Assembly (NCBI GenBank): GCA_019634695.1
Contig: JAHCAW010000004.1
Coordinates: 64,831-128,830, forward strand
Reading direction: 5' to 3'
DNA length: 64,000 nucleotides
From: Candidatus Sumerlaeia bacterium
GTDB taxonomy: Bacteria > Sumerlaeota > Sumerlaeia > SLMS01 > JAHLLQ01
Position numbers and translations under genes: made by a program. Positions 1-8,543 of this stretch are shown here, one piece after another; the first letter of the stretch is position 1, and every line of letters starts with the position of its first letter. The notes under the pieces were generated by a model. It was given only the letters and a program-made list of their open reading frames with translations. It did no database searches and was not told the DNA's origin.

Positions 1-200
1 CCCTGCGGGCGATGGGCGTAGGGGGCGATCTTCTGCTCGGGCCAGCGACAGCCGGCCAATCCAGTGAAGGCCGCCGACGCGGCCAGCAGCGCCAGGAAGC
101 GCCGCCGCGGGAAGGTCGCCGGGTCGTCGTCGCCGACCCCTTCGGGCATCGTGCCTTCCAGATCTTCCAAGCTTCGCCAGGTGTCGGGGTAGGAATCCAT
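1..200 (-). CDS. actB: Alternative complex III subunit ActB (molybdopterin-family/FeS subunit), N-terminal fragment running off the window start
   Basis: My own reverse translation from the ATG at 200 gives MDSYPDTWRSLEDLEGTMPEGVGDDDPATFPRRRFLALLAASAAFTGLAGCRWPEQKIAPYAHRPQG. It has a twin-arginine RRRFL signal and the WRSLE-type opening typical of ActB. It starts 8 nt after the actA stop. It is absent from the ORF track because it is truncated. Confidence 0.7.
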   Translation of the reverse strand, partial: MDSYPDTWRSLEDLEGTMPEGVGDDDPATFPRRRFLALLAASAAFTGLAGCRWPEQKIAPYAHRPQ

Positions 201-208
201 GGGCTCTC

Positions 209-904
209 TCATCGGTGGCACGTGGAACAATCGGTGGAGGCGAAGACGCCGGGGTGGCTGGCTTGGCCGCTGCCCAGCGACATCCAGCCGTCCGTGGGCA
301 CCCAGTCCATCCGCGTGACGGCCTCGGGTGGCCGCAGGTGCGGTGTCGGGTCGCGATGGCAGTCCAGGCACCAGCCCATGCTCAGGGGCTGCACCTGCGT
401 GACGACTCCCATCTGGTCCACCCGGCCATGGCACGAGGCGCAGCCGACGCCGGCGGCGACGTGCGCCGAGTGGTCGAAGTAGGCGTAATCGGGCAGGTCG
501 TGTACCTTGATCCAAGGGATCGGGGTGCCTTCGGCGAAGCTGGTCCGCACGAGGTCGAGCGTCTCGACGGTCGTGCCGATCGAGGCATGGCAGTTCATGC
601 AGGTCGACGTCGGCGGGATGCCGGCATGGGCGGATCGCTCGACCGAACTGTGGCAGTAGCGGCAGTCCAGCCCGAGCTGGCCGGCATGCACCTCATGGCT
701 GAAGGGCACCGGCTGGATCGGGGCGTAGCCCACGTCCAGGGTCATCGGGGAGCCGCCGTACCAGACCAGGGCGACCAGATAGACCGGGGCGCCGAGCAGC
801 ACGACGGCCGCGCCGTACTTGATCCGATTCGTCCACTTCGAAAGACAACCATGATCGACGGAAAGCTCGCAGGGGCCTGTTCCGGTGGGTCCGGGGTGGC
901 GCAC
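209..904 (-). CDS. actA: Alternative complex III pentaheme cytochrome c subunit ActA
   Basis: One N-terminal TM helix (KYGAAVVLLGAPVYLVALVWY) is followed by five CxxCH motifs (CRYCH, CMNCH, CASCH, CLDCH, CSTCH). The gene lies directly upstream of actB. The track ORF runs to GTG 1024. I prefer the in-frame GTG at 904, but the start is uncertain. Confidence 0.75.
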   Translation of the reverse strand: MRHPGPTGTGPCELSVDHGCLSKWTNRIKYGAAVVLLGAPVYLVALVWYGGSPMTLDVGYAPIQPVPFSHEVHAGQLGLDCRYCHSSVERSAHAGIPPTSTCMNCHASIGTTVETLDLVRTSFAEGTPIPWIKVHDLPDYAYFDHSAHVAAGVGCASCHGRVDQMGVVTQVQPLSMGWCLDCHRDPTPHLRPPEAVTRMDWVPTDGWMSLGSGQASHPGVFASTDCSTCHR

Positions 905-1045
905 CTCGCAGCGTCGCAGTGTCGAGAGTCGGGCACAAAAAAAGCCGGGAGTGCAAGACAAAACGACATTGACATCCAGAAATCCTTTGAGCACGCTTCG
1001 GCCACGCTCAACGACTTCGACCACCCCTCACCGGCAGCCCTCCCC

Positions 1046-2158
1046 ATGGCGACCTCCTCCTCCCGCCCCACCTGCCTGCTGTGCTCCGTCCGGCCCCCGG
1101 CGCTGCTCGTGGATGCGGGCCTGGTCGGTCTGGCGGGCATTTGGGCGGGCGTGGCGCTGGTCAGCGTGCTGGCGGTGGTAGTGGCGCGGTTCTACCACCC
1201 GGTGGAGTTCGCGGCCGCGACGGCGCTGGTCGAGTCCGGCTGGCCGATGCTGTCGACGGCGGCGCTGCTGGTCGGGGCGCTGACGGCGGCGTTGGCGGTT
1301 CGGGCGGCGTTGTGTGACGAGCGGGCAAAGGCGGCCGTGTTGCTGGCGGTGACGGTGGTGGCGGGCGCGGACTTCGTGGCCGTGCGTGTGATTGAGGGCG
1401 TCCGCATGGGGCGCGAGCACGCCGAGTGGGTGCGTCTGGCGGCGCAGCCGGTCGAGTTGCCGGCGGGCGCCGCGTTGGTGAAGGCGCCGGATGCGGCGCG
1501 CGGGGCGGAGCTCTATGGCGCGACGTGCGCGGCCTGCCATGGTCGGCAAGGCGAAGGCGTGCCGCGTCTGGGCAGTCCGCTGGCCGGCAGCGCCTTCCTG
1601 AAGGAACTCGACGCCGAAGGCATGGTGGCCTTCCTGCGCACCGGTCGCCAGCCAACCGATCCGCGCAGCCTCATGCGCATGGTGATGCCGGCACGCGGCG
1701 GCAATCCGATGCTGACCGACGGCGACCTCGGCGACATCGCCGCGTTCCTTGAGGAGCGTCTGGCCGCCGAGGCCGGCGCCGGAAATGTCGCTGCGGCGAC
1801 AACGCCCGCAGCACCGGTCTTCGAGCGCCATCGCTCGGCAGTCCCGCCGGCTGCGGTGGGGCCCTCCGGGCTGAGCGAGCGCTACCGCGCCGCGCACGCC
1901 TTCGACGGCACCGGGCCGATTCCGGAGGTGCTGATGGCGGCGCCCAATCGCTTTCCGACGTGGCTGATGATCCTGACCGGCCTGCACGGATTGCTCGTGG
2001 CGGGCGGGCTCGTGGTGCTCGGGGCGCTGGCGGTGCCGCTGCTGCGCGGGCCGCTGGGCCATGTGCCGCGCGTGGCATTGTTCCTGGCATGTGCCGCTTA
2101 CCAGATGATGGCGGCTTTGTGGCTGGTGCTGGTCCCATTCTTGTACGGTCCGTCCTGA
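1046..2158 (+). CDS. COX3/NorE-like polytopic membrane protein with an inserted class I monoheme cytochrome c domain
   Basis: The N-terminal TM helices carry a COX3/NorE-like pattern (PMLSTAALLVGALTAALAVRA...LLAVTVVAGADFVAVRVIEG). The C-terminal helices read LTGLHGLLVAGG and AAYQMMAALWLVLVPFLY. A soluble segment between them carries CAACH (ELYGATCAACHGRQGEG) and a downstream MVMPARGG Met region. The first ~277 codons of track ORF 215..2158 are antisense to actA and were trimmed to ATG 1046. Confidence 0.65.
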   Translation: MATSSSRPTCLLCSVRPPALLVDAGLVGLAGIWAGVALVSVLAVVVARFYHPVEFAAATALVESGWPMLSTAALLVGALTAALAVRAALCDERAKAAVLLAVTVVAGADFVAVRVIEGVRMGREHAEWVRLAAQPVELPAGAALVKAPDAARGAELYGATCAACHGRQGEGVPRLGSPLAGSAFLKELDAEGMVAFLRTGRQPTDPRSLMRMVMPARGGNPMLTDGDLGDIAAFLEERLAAEAGAGNVAAATTPAAPVFERHRSAVPPAAVGPSGLSERYRAAHAFDGTGPIPEVLMAAPNRFPTWLMILTGLHGLLVAGGLVVLGALAVPLLRGPLGHVPRVALFLACAAYQMMAALWLVLVPFLYGPS

Positions 2159-2198
2159 TGGGCGGCGGTCGAACGATCCTGTCTGGGAGGTGCCCGGC

Positions 2199-5100
2199 GT
2201 GAACGTGACGCGCAGAAAGTTCCTGAAGTGGTCGCTCGGCGGCGCGGTGGTCGCCGTCGGCAGCCTGCAACTGGGCTATGCGCTCGACGGCCTGCAACCG
2301 GCCGTGGGCGTCGAGAACCCGTTGCTGTCGTATCCCAACCGCGACTGGGAGAAGGTGTATCGCAACATCTTCCAGCCCGACCAGTCCTACTACTTCATGT
2401 GCACGCCGAACTGCACGCACAACTGCCTGCTGCGGGCGGAGGTGAAGAACGGCGTCGTGGTGCGCGTGGGGCCGTCGATGCGCTATCACGAAGCGACGGA
2501 CCTGTACGGGACGAAGGCGAGCCAGCGCTGGGATCCGCGCATCTGCAACAAGGGGACGATCCTGCCGCGGCGCATTCACGGCGACCGGCGCGTGAAGCAC
2601 CCGATGGTGCGCAAGGGCTACAAGCAGTGGGTCGAGCAGGGGTTCCCGCGCGATGCGAACGGCCTGCCGCCGGCCGAGATGTTCCGCCGGGGCGAGGACG
2701 AGTACATCGAGGTTACCTGGGAGGAGGCGTTCGCGCTGGCGGCCAAGGGGCTGCACGAGACGGCCCGGCGCTACTCGGGCAAGGAGGGCGCGGCGATGCT
2801 GACGCGCCAGGGCTACGACGAGGCGATGGTTGCCAAGGCTGGCGGGGCGGGCACGCGCTGTATGAAGTTCCGCGGCGGCATGCCGGCGCTCGGTCCGATC
2901 AAGCTCTTCGGCCTCTACCGCATGGCGAACATGATGGCCCTCGTCGATGCGAACGTGCGCGGCGTCGGCCCCGACGCGGCTCGCGGCGGCATCGGGTTCG
3001 ACAACTACTCATGGCACACCGACCTGCCGCCCGGGCACCCGATGGTCACCGGCCAGCAGACCGTCGACTTCGACCTGTCGAACACCGAGTACTGCGACGT
3101 CGTGATCTGCTGGGGCATGAACTGGCTGTGCACCAAGATGCCCGACTCGCACTGGCTCACCGAAGCCAAGCTCAAGGGCAAGCGCGTCATCGCGATCATG
3201 ACGGACTACAACGCGACGGCGGCGAAGGCGCACGAGGTGGTGATCGTGCGGCCGGGCACCGACCCGGCGCTGGCGCTCGGCATGGCGCAGGTCATCATCG
3301 CCGAGAAGCTGTACGACGAGGACTTCGTCAAGTCGTTCACGGACCTGCCGCTGCTGGTGCGCACGGACACCGGGACGCTGGTGCGCGCCGGCGACGTGCT
3401 GCCGGGCTACACGAACAAGACGCTCGAACGCACCGAGGTTGCTTCCACACGCGGCGACCTGCCGCCGGCCTACAAGGTCGATCGCGAGTTCGGCGCCGTC
3501 ACGGCCGAGCTGCGCGAGAAGTGGGGCGACCTGCTGATGTGGGACAAGCGCACGAACGCCCCCGTGGCCGTCAACCGCGACGAGGTCGGCAAGTACTTCC
3601 CCGGCGACACGATCGACCCGGCTCTCGAGGGTGAGTTCACTGTCACGATCGACGGCGAGTCCGTTGCCGTCCGCACGGTCTTCTCGCTCGTCCGCCAGCA
3701 CCTCGACGACACCTGGACGCCGGAGGCGACCTCGCGCGTGACGTGGGCGCCCGTCTCGGCGATCCGCAGCCTCGCGCGCCAATGCGCCGCGCACCCCGAG
3801 CGCGTCCTCTTCGCCACTGGCATGGGGCCCAACCAGATGTTCAACGCGGACCTGAAGGACCGCGCGATCTTCCTCGTGGCGGCGCTGACGCGCAACGTCG
3901 GATTCCCCGGCGGCAACGTCGGCAGCTACGCCGGCAACTATCGCTCCGCCTACTTCAACGGCATCCCCCAGTACGTCGGCGAGAATCCCTTCGACATCAA
4001 CCTTGATCCCGACACGCCGGCCCGCGTGCGCACCTTCTTCTCCATGCAGTCGGCGCACTTCTACTCGCACTGCGACCGCCCGCTGCGCGTGCACGGCCGC
4101 AACTTCACCGGCGACACCCACATGCCGACGCCCACCAAGTCGCTCTGGTTCGCCGGCTCGAACTCGCTGCTCGGCAACTCCAAGGGCCACTTCGACGTCG
4201 TGATGAACCTGCTGCGGCATCCCGACTACCGCGCGAAGTCCGAGTACGGCCGCATGATCGAGTGCGTCTTCGTCAACGAGTGGTGGTGGAGCGGCTCGTG
4301 CGAGTACGCCGACATCGTCTTCGCGATCGACAGTTGGGCCGAGTACCGCCAGCACGACGTGACGCAGTCCTGCACGAACCCCTTCATGCAGGTGATGCCG
4401 CTGGGCGAGATTCCGCGCATCCACAACACGCGGTCGAACGCCGAGGTCTACAAGGGCGTCGCGCAGGAGCTGGCGCGCCTGACCGGCGACACGCGCTGCG
4501 CCGACTACTGGGCCTTCATCTCCGACACCCACCGCGCAAAGCCCTACATCCAGCGGATCCTCGACCACTGCAACATGTTCAAGGGCTACCGCGTCGACGA
4601 CCTTGTCGAGCAGTGCAAGCAGGGCATCCCCGCCATGATGATGGGGCCGACGTATCCGAAGTACATTGGCCACCGCCAGAGCATCGAGTCCCGGCCTTGG
4701 TACACCCGCACCGGCCGCCTCGAGTTCTACCGCGACGAGAAGGAGTTCCTCGAGCACGGCGAAAACCTGCCCGTCTACCGCGAGCCGGTCGACTCGACCT
4801 TCTACGAACCCAACGCCATCGTCGCCCAGCCGCATCCGTCGATCCACCCGACGACGCCCGAGCAGTACGGCTTCGATTCCGCCGACATGAGCGGCGACAC
4901 GCTGCAAGTGCGCAATGTCGTCCGCACGGTCGACGAGTTGATGCTCACGAAGCATCCCATGATGGGCCAGGGCTACACGCACATCTGGCTGACGCCCAAG
5001 TACCGCCATGCGGTGCACACCTTCGGCGTGGACATCGACTTCATGTCGCTGCACTTCGGTCCGTTCGGCGACATGTATCGGCACGACAAGCGCAAGCCGT

Positions 5101-5687
5101 GGGTGGGCGAGGGCTACGTCGAGATGAACCCACACGACGCCCGCGAACTCGGTCTCGACGACGGCGACTACGTCTGGATCGACGGCAACCCGGAGACGCT
5201 GCCCTTCCGTGGCTGGCAGGAACGCCCCGAGGAGTACAAGGTCGCCCGCTGCATGCTGCGGCTGCGTTACTTCCCGGGCATCCCGCGCGGCGTCACGCGC
5301 ACGTGGTTCAACATGTACATGGCCTCGTTCGGCACGGTGAAGGCGCAGGCCACACGCGCCGACGGCCTGGCACGCAGCGCCGCCACGGGCTACCAATCCA
5401 TGTATCGCTTCGGCGGCCACCAGAGCGGCACGCGCACTTGGCTGCGCCCGACGCTGCTGACCGACACGCTCGTCCGGAAGGACTACCTCGGCCAGATCAT
5501 CTCAACCGGATTCTCGCCTGACGTGCACTGCGCCAACGGCGCGCCGCGCGAGTCGTTCGTCAAGTTCACCAAGGCCGAGGACGGCGCTCCGGAGGGTGGG
5601 CTTTGGCCGCGTGCCCGTCAGGGCATGCGCCCGGGCTACGAGACGGAAACCGTTCGCAAGTACATCGCAGGCAGCTTCGTGTCCTGA
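2199..5687 (+). CDS. Type II DMSO-reductase-family molybdopterin catalytic subunit, NarG/NxrA-like, Tat-exported
   Basis: Twin-arginine signal ([28 protein letters not shown]). FS0-type N-terminal cluster motif CTPNCTHNC...RICNKG. The segment [11 protein letters not shown] aligns with the NarG Asp-ligand region. The ~1160-aa length is in the range of NarG/NxrA. GTG 2199 sits 8 nt after GGGAGG; the track start GTG 2190 overlaps that RBS. Confidence 0.85.
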   Translation: MNVTRRKFLKWSLGGAVVAVGSLQLGYALDGLQPAVGVENPLLSYPNRDWEKVYRNIFQPDQSYYFMCTPNCTHNCLLRAEVKNGVVVRVGPSMRYHEATDLYGTKASQRWDPRICNKGTILPRRIHGDRRVKHPMVRKGYKQWVEQGFPRDANGLPPAEMFRRGEDEYIEVTWEEAFALAAKGLHETARRYSGKEGAAMLTRQGYDEAMVAKAGGAGTRCMKFRGGMPALGPIKLFGLYRMANMMALVDANVRGVGPDAARGGIGFDNYSWHTDLPPGHPMVTGQQTVDFDLSNTEYCDVVICWGMNWLCTKMPDSHWLTEAKLKGKRVIAIMTDYNATAAKAHEVVIVRPGTDPALALGMAQVIIAEKLYDEDFVKSFTDLPLLVRTDTGTLVRAGDVLPGYTNKTLERTEVASTRGDLPPAYKVDREFGAVTAELREKWGDLLMWDKRTNAPVAVNRDEVGKYFPGDTIDPALEGEFTVTIDGESVAVRTVFSLVRQHLDDTWTPEATSRVTWAPVSAIRSLARQCAAHPERVLFATGMGPNQMFNADLKDRAIFLVAALTRNVGFPGGNVGSYAGNYRSAYFNGIPQYVGENPFDINLDPDTPARVRTFFSMQSAHFYSHCDRPLRVHGRNFTGDTHMPTPTKSLWFAGSNSLLGNSKGHFDVVMNLLRHPDYRAKSEYGRMIECVFVNEWWWSGSCEYADIVFAIDSWAEYRQHDVTQSCTNPFMQVMPLGEIPRIHNTRSNAEVYKGVAQELARLTGDTRCADYWAFISDTHRAKPYIQRILDHCNMFKGYRVDDLVEQCKQGIPAMMMGPTYPKYIGHRQSIESRPWYTRTGRLEFYRDEKEFLEHGENLPVYREPVDSTFYEPNAIVAQPHPSIHPTTPEQYGFDSADMSGDTLQVRNVVRTVDELMLTKHPMMGQGYTHIWLTPKYRHAVHTFGVDIDFMSLHFGPFGDMYRHDKRKPWVGEGYVEMNPHDARELGLDDGDYVWIDGNPETLPFRGWQERPEEYKVARCMLRLRYFPGIPRGVTRTWFNMYMASFGTVKAQATRADGLARSAATGYQSMYRFGGHQSGTRTWLRPTLLTDTLVRKDYLGQIISTGFSPDVHCANGAPRESFVKFTKAEDGAPEGGLWPRARQGMRPGYETETVRKYIAGSFVS

Positions 5688-5707
5688 TCCCGCTGGAGGT
5701 GATTCCC

Positions 5708-6847
5708 GTGCCCAAGGTCTACAACTGGCAAATCGGCCGCGAGATGGAATACCCCTACGAGCCCGGCCGGCCCGACAAGCAGTTCTCCGCCGTCTTCGAC
5801 ACGAACAAGTGCATCGCGTGCCAGACGTGCTCGATCGCCTGCAAGACCACATGGACCTCCGGTCGCGGCCAGGAGTACATGCTCTGGAACAACGTCGAGT
5901 CCAAGCCCTACGGCAGCTTCCCGCTCCAGTGGGACCTCAAGGTCCTGGACATGATCGGCGGCGCGTCCTGGGAGGGCGACCGCTATGTCGGCAAGACGAT
6001 CTTCGAGAAGGCCGTTGAGAACGGCCAGACTGTTGAAGGCTTCCTGCCCACGCTCGAGGACTGGTCCTACCCCAACTGCGGCGAGGACGAAATGGCCGGC
6101 GAACCGCTCGTCGGCGGCTACCACATCGACGAGGTCGCCCATCCCGTCTGGTTCTACTACCTGCCGCGCATCTGCAATCATTGCAGCTTCCCCGGCTGCC
6201 TTGCCAACTGTCCGCGTCAGTCCATCTACAAGCGTCCGGACAACGGCATCGTGCTCATCGATCAGGAGCGCTGCCACGGCTACAAGCAGTGCGTGAAGGG
6301 CTGCCCGTACAAGAAGGCCATGTTCAACTCGGAGACGGGCCGCTCGGAGAAGTGTATCGGCTGCTATCCGAAGGCCGAAGCGGGCCTGGCCACGCAGTGC
6401 ATCGAGCAGTGCATCGGCAAGATTCGCATTCAGGGCTGGATCAGCCCGCCAGAGCAGGCGCGCGAGGACAACCCGATGGACTACCTCGTGCACGTCCGCA
6501 AGGTCGCGCTGCCGATCTATCCGCAGTTCGGCACGCTGCCCAACGTGTACTACATCCCGCCGATGACGGTGCCGGAGCCCTTCCTGCGTCAGATGTTCGG
6601 ACCGGGTGTGACGCGCGCGCTGCGCATCTACCGCGAGGAGCTGCCCAACGATCCCGAGCTGCAAGGGCTTCTCCTGCTGTTCGGCTCGACGAATCAGATC
6701 ATGACGCGCTTCGACGTGCGTGACGGTTGGGCCCACGGCTATCGCCGCGACGGCAAGGAAGTCGCCCGCGTGCCGATCACCGAGCCGCTCGTCGTGCGCC
6801 CCGCCTACGATCCGCAGTACGACGTCGTTCGCCTCGACACCACCTGA
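5708..6847 (+). CDS. Type II DMSO-reductase-family FeS beta subunit, NarH/NxrB-like
   Basis: Four ferredoxin-type Cys groups are present: CIACQTCSIACK, CNHCSFPGCLANCP, CHGYKQCVKGCPYKK and CIGCYPKAEAGLATQCIEQCIGKIR. They closely mirror the NarH motifs. GTG 5708 is preceded by GGAGG. The upstream part of track ORF 5603..6847 overlaps the alpha subunit and was trimmed. Confidence 0.85.
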   Translation: MPKVYNWQIGREMEYPYEPGRPDKQFSAVFDTNKCIACQTCSIACKTTWTSGRGQEYMLWNNVESKPYGSFPLQWDLKVLDMIGGASWEGDRYVGKTIFEKAVENGQTVEGFLPTLEDWSYPNCGEDEMAGEPLVGGYHIDEVAHPVWFYYLPRICNHCSFPGCLANCPRQSIYKRPDNGIVLIDQERCHGYKQCVKGCPYKKAMFNSETGRSEKCIGCYPKAEAGLATQCIEQCIGKIRIQGWISPPEQAREDNPMDYLVHVRKVALPIYPQFGTLPNVYYIPPMTVPEPFLRQMFGPGVTRALRIYREELPNDPELQGLLLLFGSTNQIMTRFDVRDGWAHGYRRDGKEVARVPITEPLVVRPAYDPQYDVVRLDTT

Positions 6848-6865
6848 CCCCGGGACCGGAGCATC

Positions 6866-8515
6866 ATGACGCCCCCCTCTGCCCCCACGCCCAAAGCAAC
6901 GCCGGTCGGCCTGGTGCTCGCCGCCGTCGCGGCCGTCTTCGTGCTCAACTTCCTGATCCTGGGCTATTCGACGCAGATGGCGCTGAAGCCCGCGCCGACG
7001 CGCGTCGCGCCTCCCGCGCCTATCGCCCGCGCGACGCCGGCGCCCGTGCCGCCGCCCGCGCTGCTGGCACGCTTCATCGCCGTTCCGCCGCCGGCGGACC
7101 CGCACGATGCCGCGTGGGCCAACGCGCCGGAGCTCCCCGTGCTCCTCGGGCCGCAGGAAGTCTCGTTGCCCTTCGGCGGCGGATCGGTCGCCGAGGTCTC
7201 GCTGCGTGCGCTGCACGATGGCGATACGATCGCCTTCCGGCTCGAGTGGGCCGACGACTCGGTGAACAGCGCGCGCGCCGTCGATGCGTATCGCGACGGC
7301 GCGGCGCTCCAGTTCCCGCTGGCCGGTTCGCCGACGCCGCCGTCGGCGCTCATGGGCGAGCGCGGCAAGCCGGTCGCCATCTGGCATTGGCGCGCCGACT
7401 GGCAGGATCCTGCGCCCACGGCATCTGCGGCCGAGGCGACATGGTATCCGCCGAACTCGGAACTGGTCGCGCGTGGCTTCGCGCAACCGCCCGCGCCGGC
7501 CGTTGCATGCGTCGAGTATCTCTCCGAGGGCTGGGGCACGCTGACGCGGCAGCCCGCGCACCACGTCGCTGCGCGCGGCAATCACCGCGACGGCGTCTGG
7601 GCTGTGGTCTTCCAGCGTCCGCTCGGTCGCGTCATGCCGCACGAACCGGTCTTCGTCGCCGGCGAATCCACGCATGTCAACATCGCCGTCTGGAATGGAT
7701 CCGAGGGCGACGTCAACGGGCTCAAGTCGGTCTCGACTTCGTGGACGCCGCTCGAGATCGAGAAGCTTCCCGAGTCCGACCGCCTCACCGCGCGTTATGT
7801 TGCGGGCGCGTTGCCGCTCGATCCGACGGACCCCTTCTGGGCCGCGCAGCCCGCACAGGTCGTTGGCCTCGTGCCGCAGCGGCTCGTGCTGCCGTTCGGC
7901 GGGGGAGCGGTCGGCCGGTTGCACTTCCGCGCCGCGCATGACGGGCGCCGGATTGCCTTCCACTTGCAGTGGCGCGACGACACGGCCGACATGGAGAATG
8001 GCGTGGACACCTATCGAGACTCGGTGGCGATGCAGTTCCCGAGCCGCGGCGCCACGACGATGCCATCGCCGCTGATGGGCGAGCGCGACAAGCCGGTCGC
8101 CATCTGGCAGTGGCGCGCCGACTGGCAGGCCGGCGCCGGCGACCGTCTGCGTCGCCAGCCCGCACCCGAAAGCCTGCTCGTCGCCGCCACGTCGTTCGAC
8201 ACGCTGCCGCGCGGGATGTTCGACCGTCCCGTGCCCGAGACCAGCGCCGCCAAGTTCGTCGCCGCCGGCTGGGGTACTCTCACCCGTCAGGTGCGCCAGG
8301 ACATCGCCGCCCATGGCGTTCACGCCGATGGCCACTGGCACGTCGTCTTCGTGCATGACCTGGCCACGGACGATCCCACCGATCCCGCGTTCCGACCCGG
8401 CGAGACCACGGCCGTCAACTTCGCCGTCTGGAACGGCATCGCCCGCGAGGTCAATGGCCTGAAGTCCATCCGCATGGAGTGGATGCCGCTGCACGTCGAG
8501 CCGGCGCCGAAGTGA
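6866..8515 (+). CDS. Putative gamma subunit with two tandem EB_dh (ethylbenzene-dehydrogenase gamma, heme-b-type) domains and an N-terminal membrane anchor
   Basis: N-terminal TM/signal anchor (VGLVLAAVAAVFVLNFLILGY). Two internally repeated modules are visible. Module 1: LRALHDGDTIAFRLEWADDSV...YRDGAALQFP...LMGERGKPVAIWHWRADWQ. Module 2: FRAAHDGRRIAFHLQWRDDTA...YRDSVAMQFP...LMGERDKPVAIWQWRADWQ. Its position after alpha and beta matches type II DMSOR operons. Confidence 0.7.
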   Translation: MTPPSAPTPKATPVGLVLAAVAAVFVLNFLILGYSTQMALKPAPTRVAPPAPIARATPAPVPPPALLARFIAVPPPADPHDAAWANAPELPVLLGPQEVSLPFGGGSVAEVSLRALHDGDTIAFRLEWADDSVNSARAVDAYRDGAALQFPLAGSPTPPSALMGERGKPVAIWHWRADWQDPAPTASAAEATWYPPNSELVARGFAQPPAPAVACVEYLSEGWGTLTRQPAHHVAARGNHRDGVWAVVFQRPLGRVMPHEPVFVAGESTHVNIAVWNGSEGDVNGLKSVSTSWTPLEIEKLPESDRLTARYVAGALPLDPTDPFWAAQPAQVVGLVPQRLVLPFGGGAVGRLHFRAAHDGRRIAFHLQWRDDTADMENGVDTYRDSVAMQFPSRGATTMPSPLMGERDKPVAIWQWRADWQAGAGDRLRRQPAPESLLVAATSFDTLPRGMFDRPVPETSAAKFVAAGWGTLTRQVRQDIAAHGVHADGHWHVVFVHDLATDDPTDPAFRPGETTAVNFAVWNGIAREVNGLKSIRMEWMPLHVEPAPK

Positions 8516-8543
8516 GCCGCATGTCCCCGAGAGGAGTTCTTCC

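Noticed and set aside
969-974. TTGACA hexamer in the act / COX3-like divergent spacer as a sigma-70 -35 box
   Set aside because: No acceptable -10 hexamer lies 16-18 nt downstream (CACGCT or GCACGC). The promoter consensus for this lineage is also unknown.
215-2158. Full 647-aa extent of the track ORF, and similar over-long ORFs (9817..12306, 13738..15477, 23873..27232, 31265..33583, 31303..34551, 35811..38513, 59601..61394)
   Set aside because: In each case the upstream part overlaps a neighbouring well-supported gene, either antisense or out of frame. An internal start with a signal peptide, lipobox or RBS gives the expected family-length protein. I trimmed these rather than accept fused products.
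3009-5420. 803-aa minus-strand ORF, plus several 400-470-aa alternative-frame ORFs, inside the molybdopterin subunit gene
   Set aside because: All overlap the clearly homologous NarG/NxrA-like frame. Their products are Arg/Pro/Ala-rich with no motifs. I treat them as GC-driven shadow ORFs.
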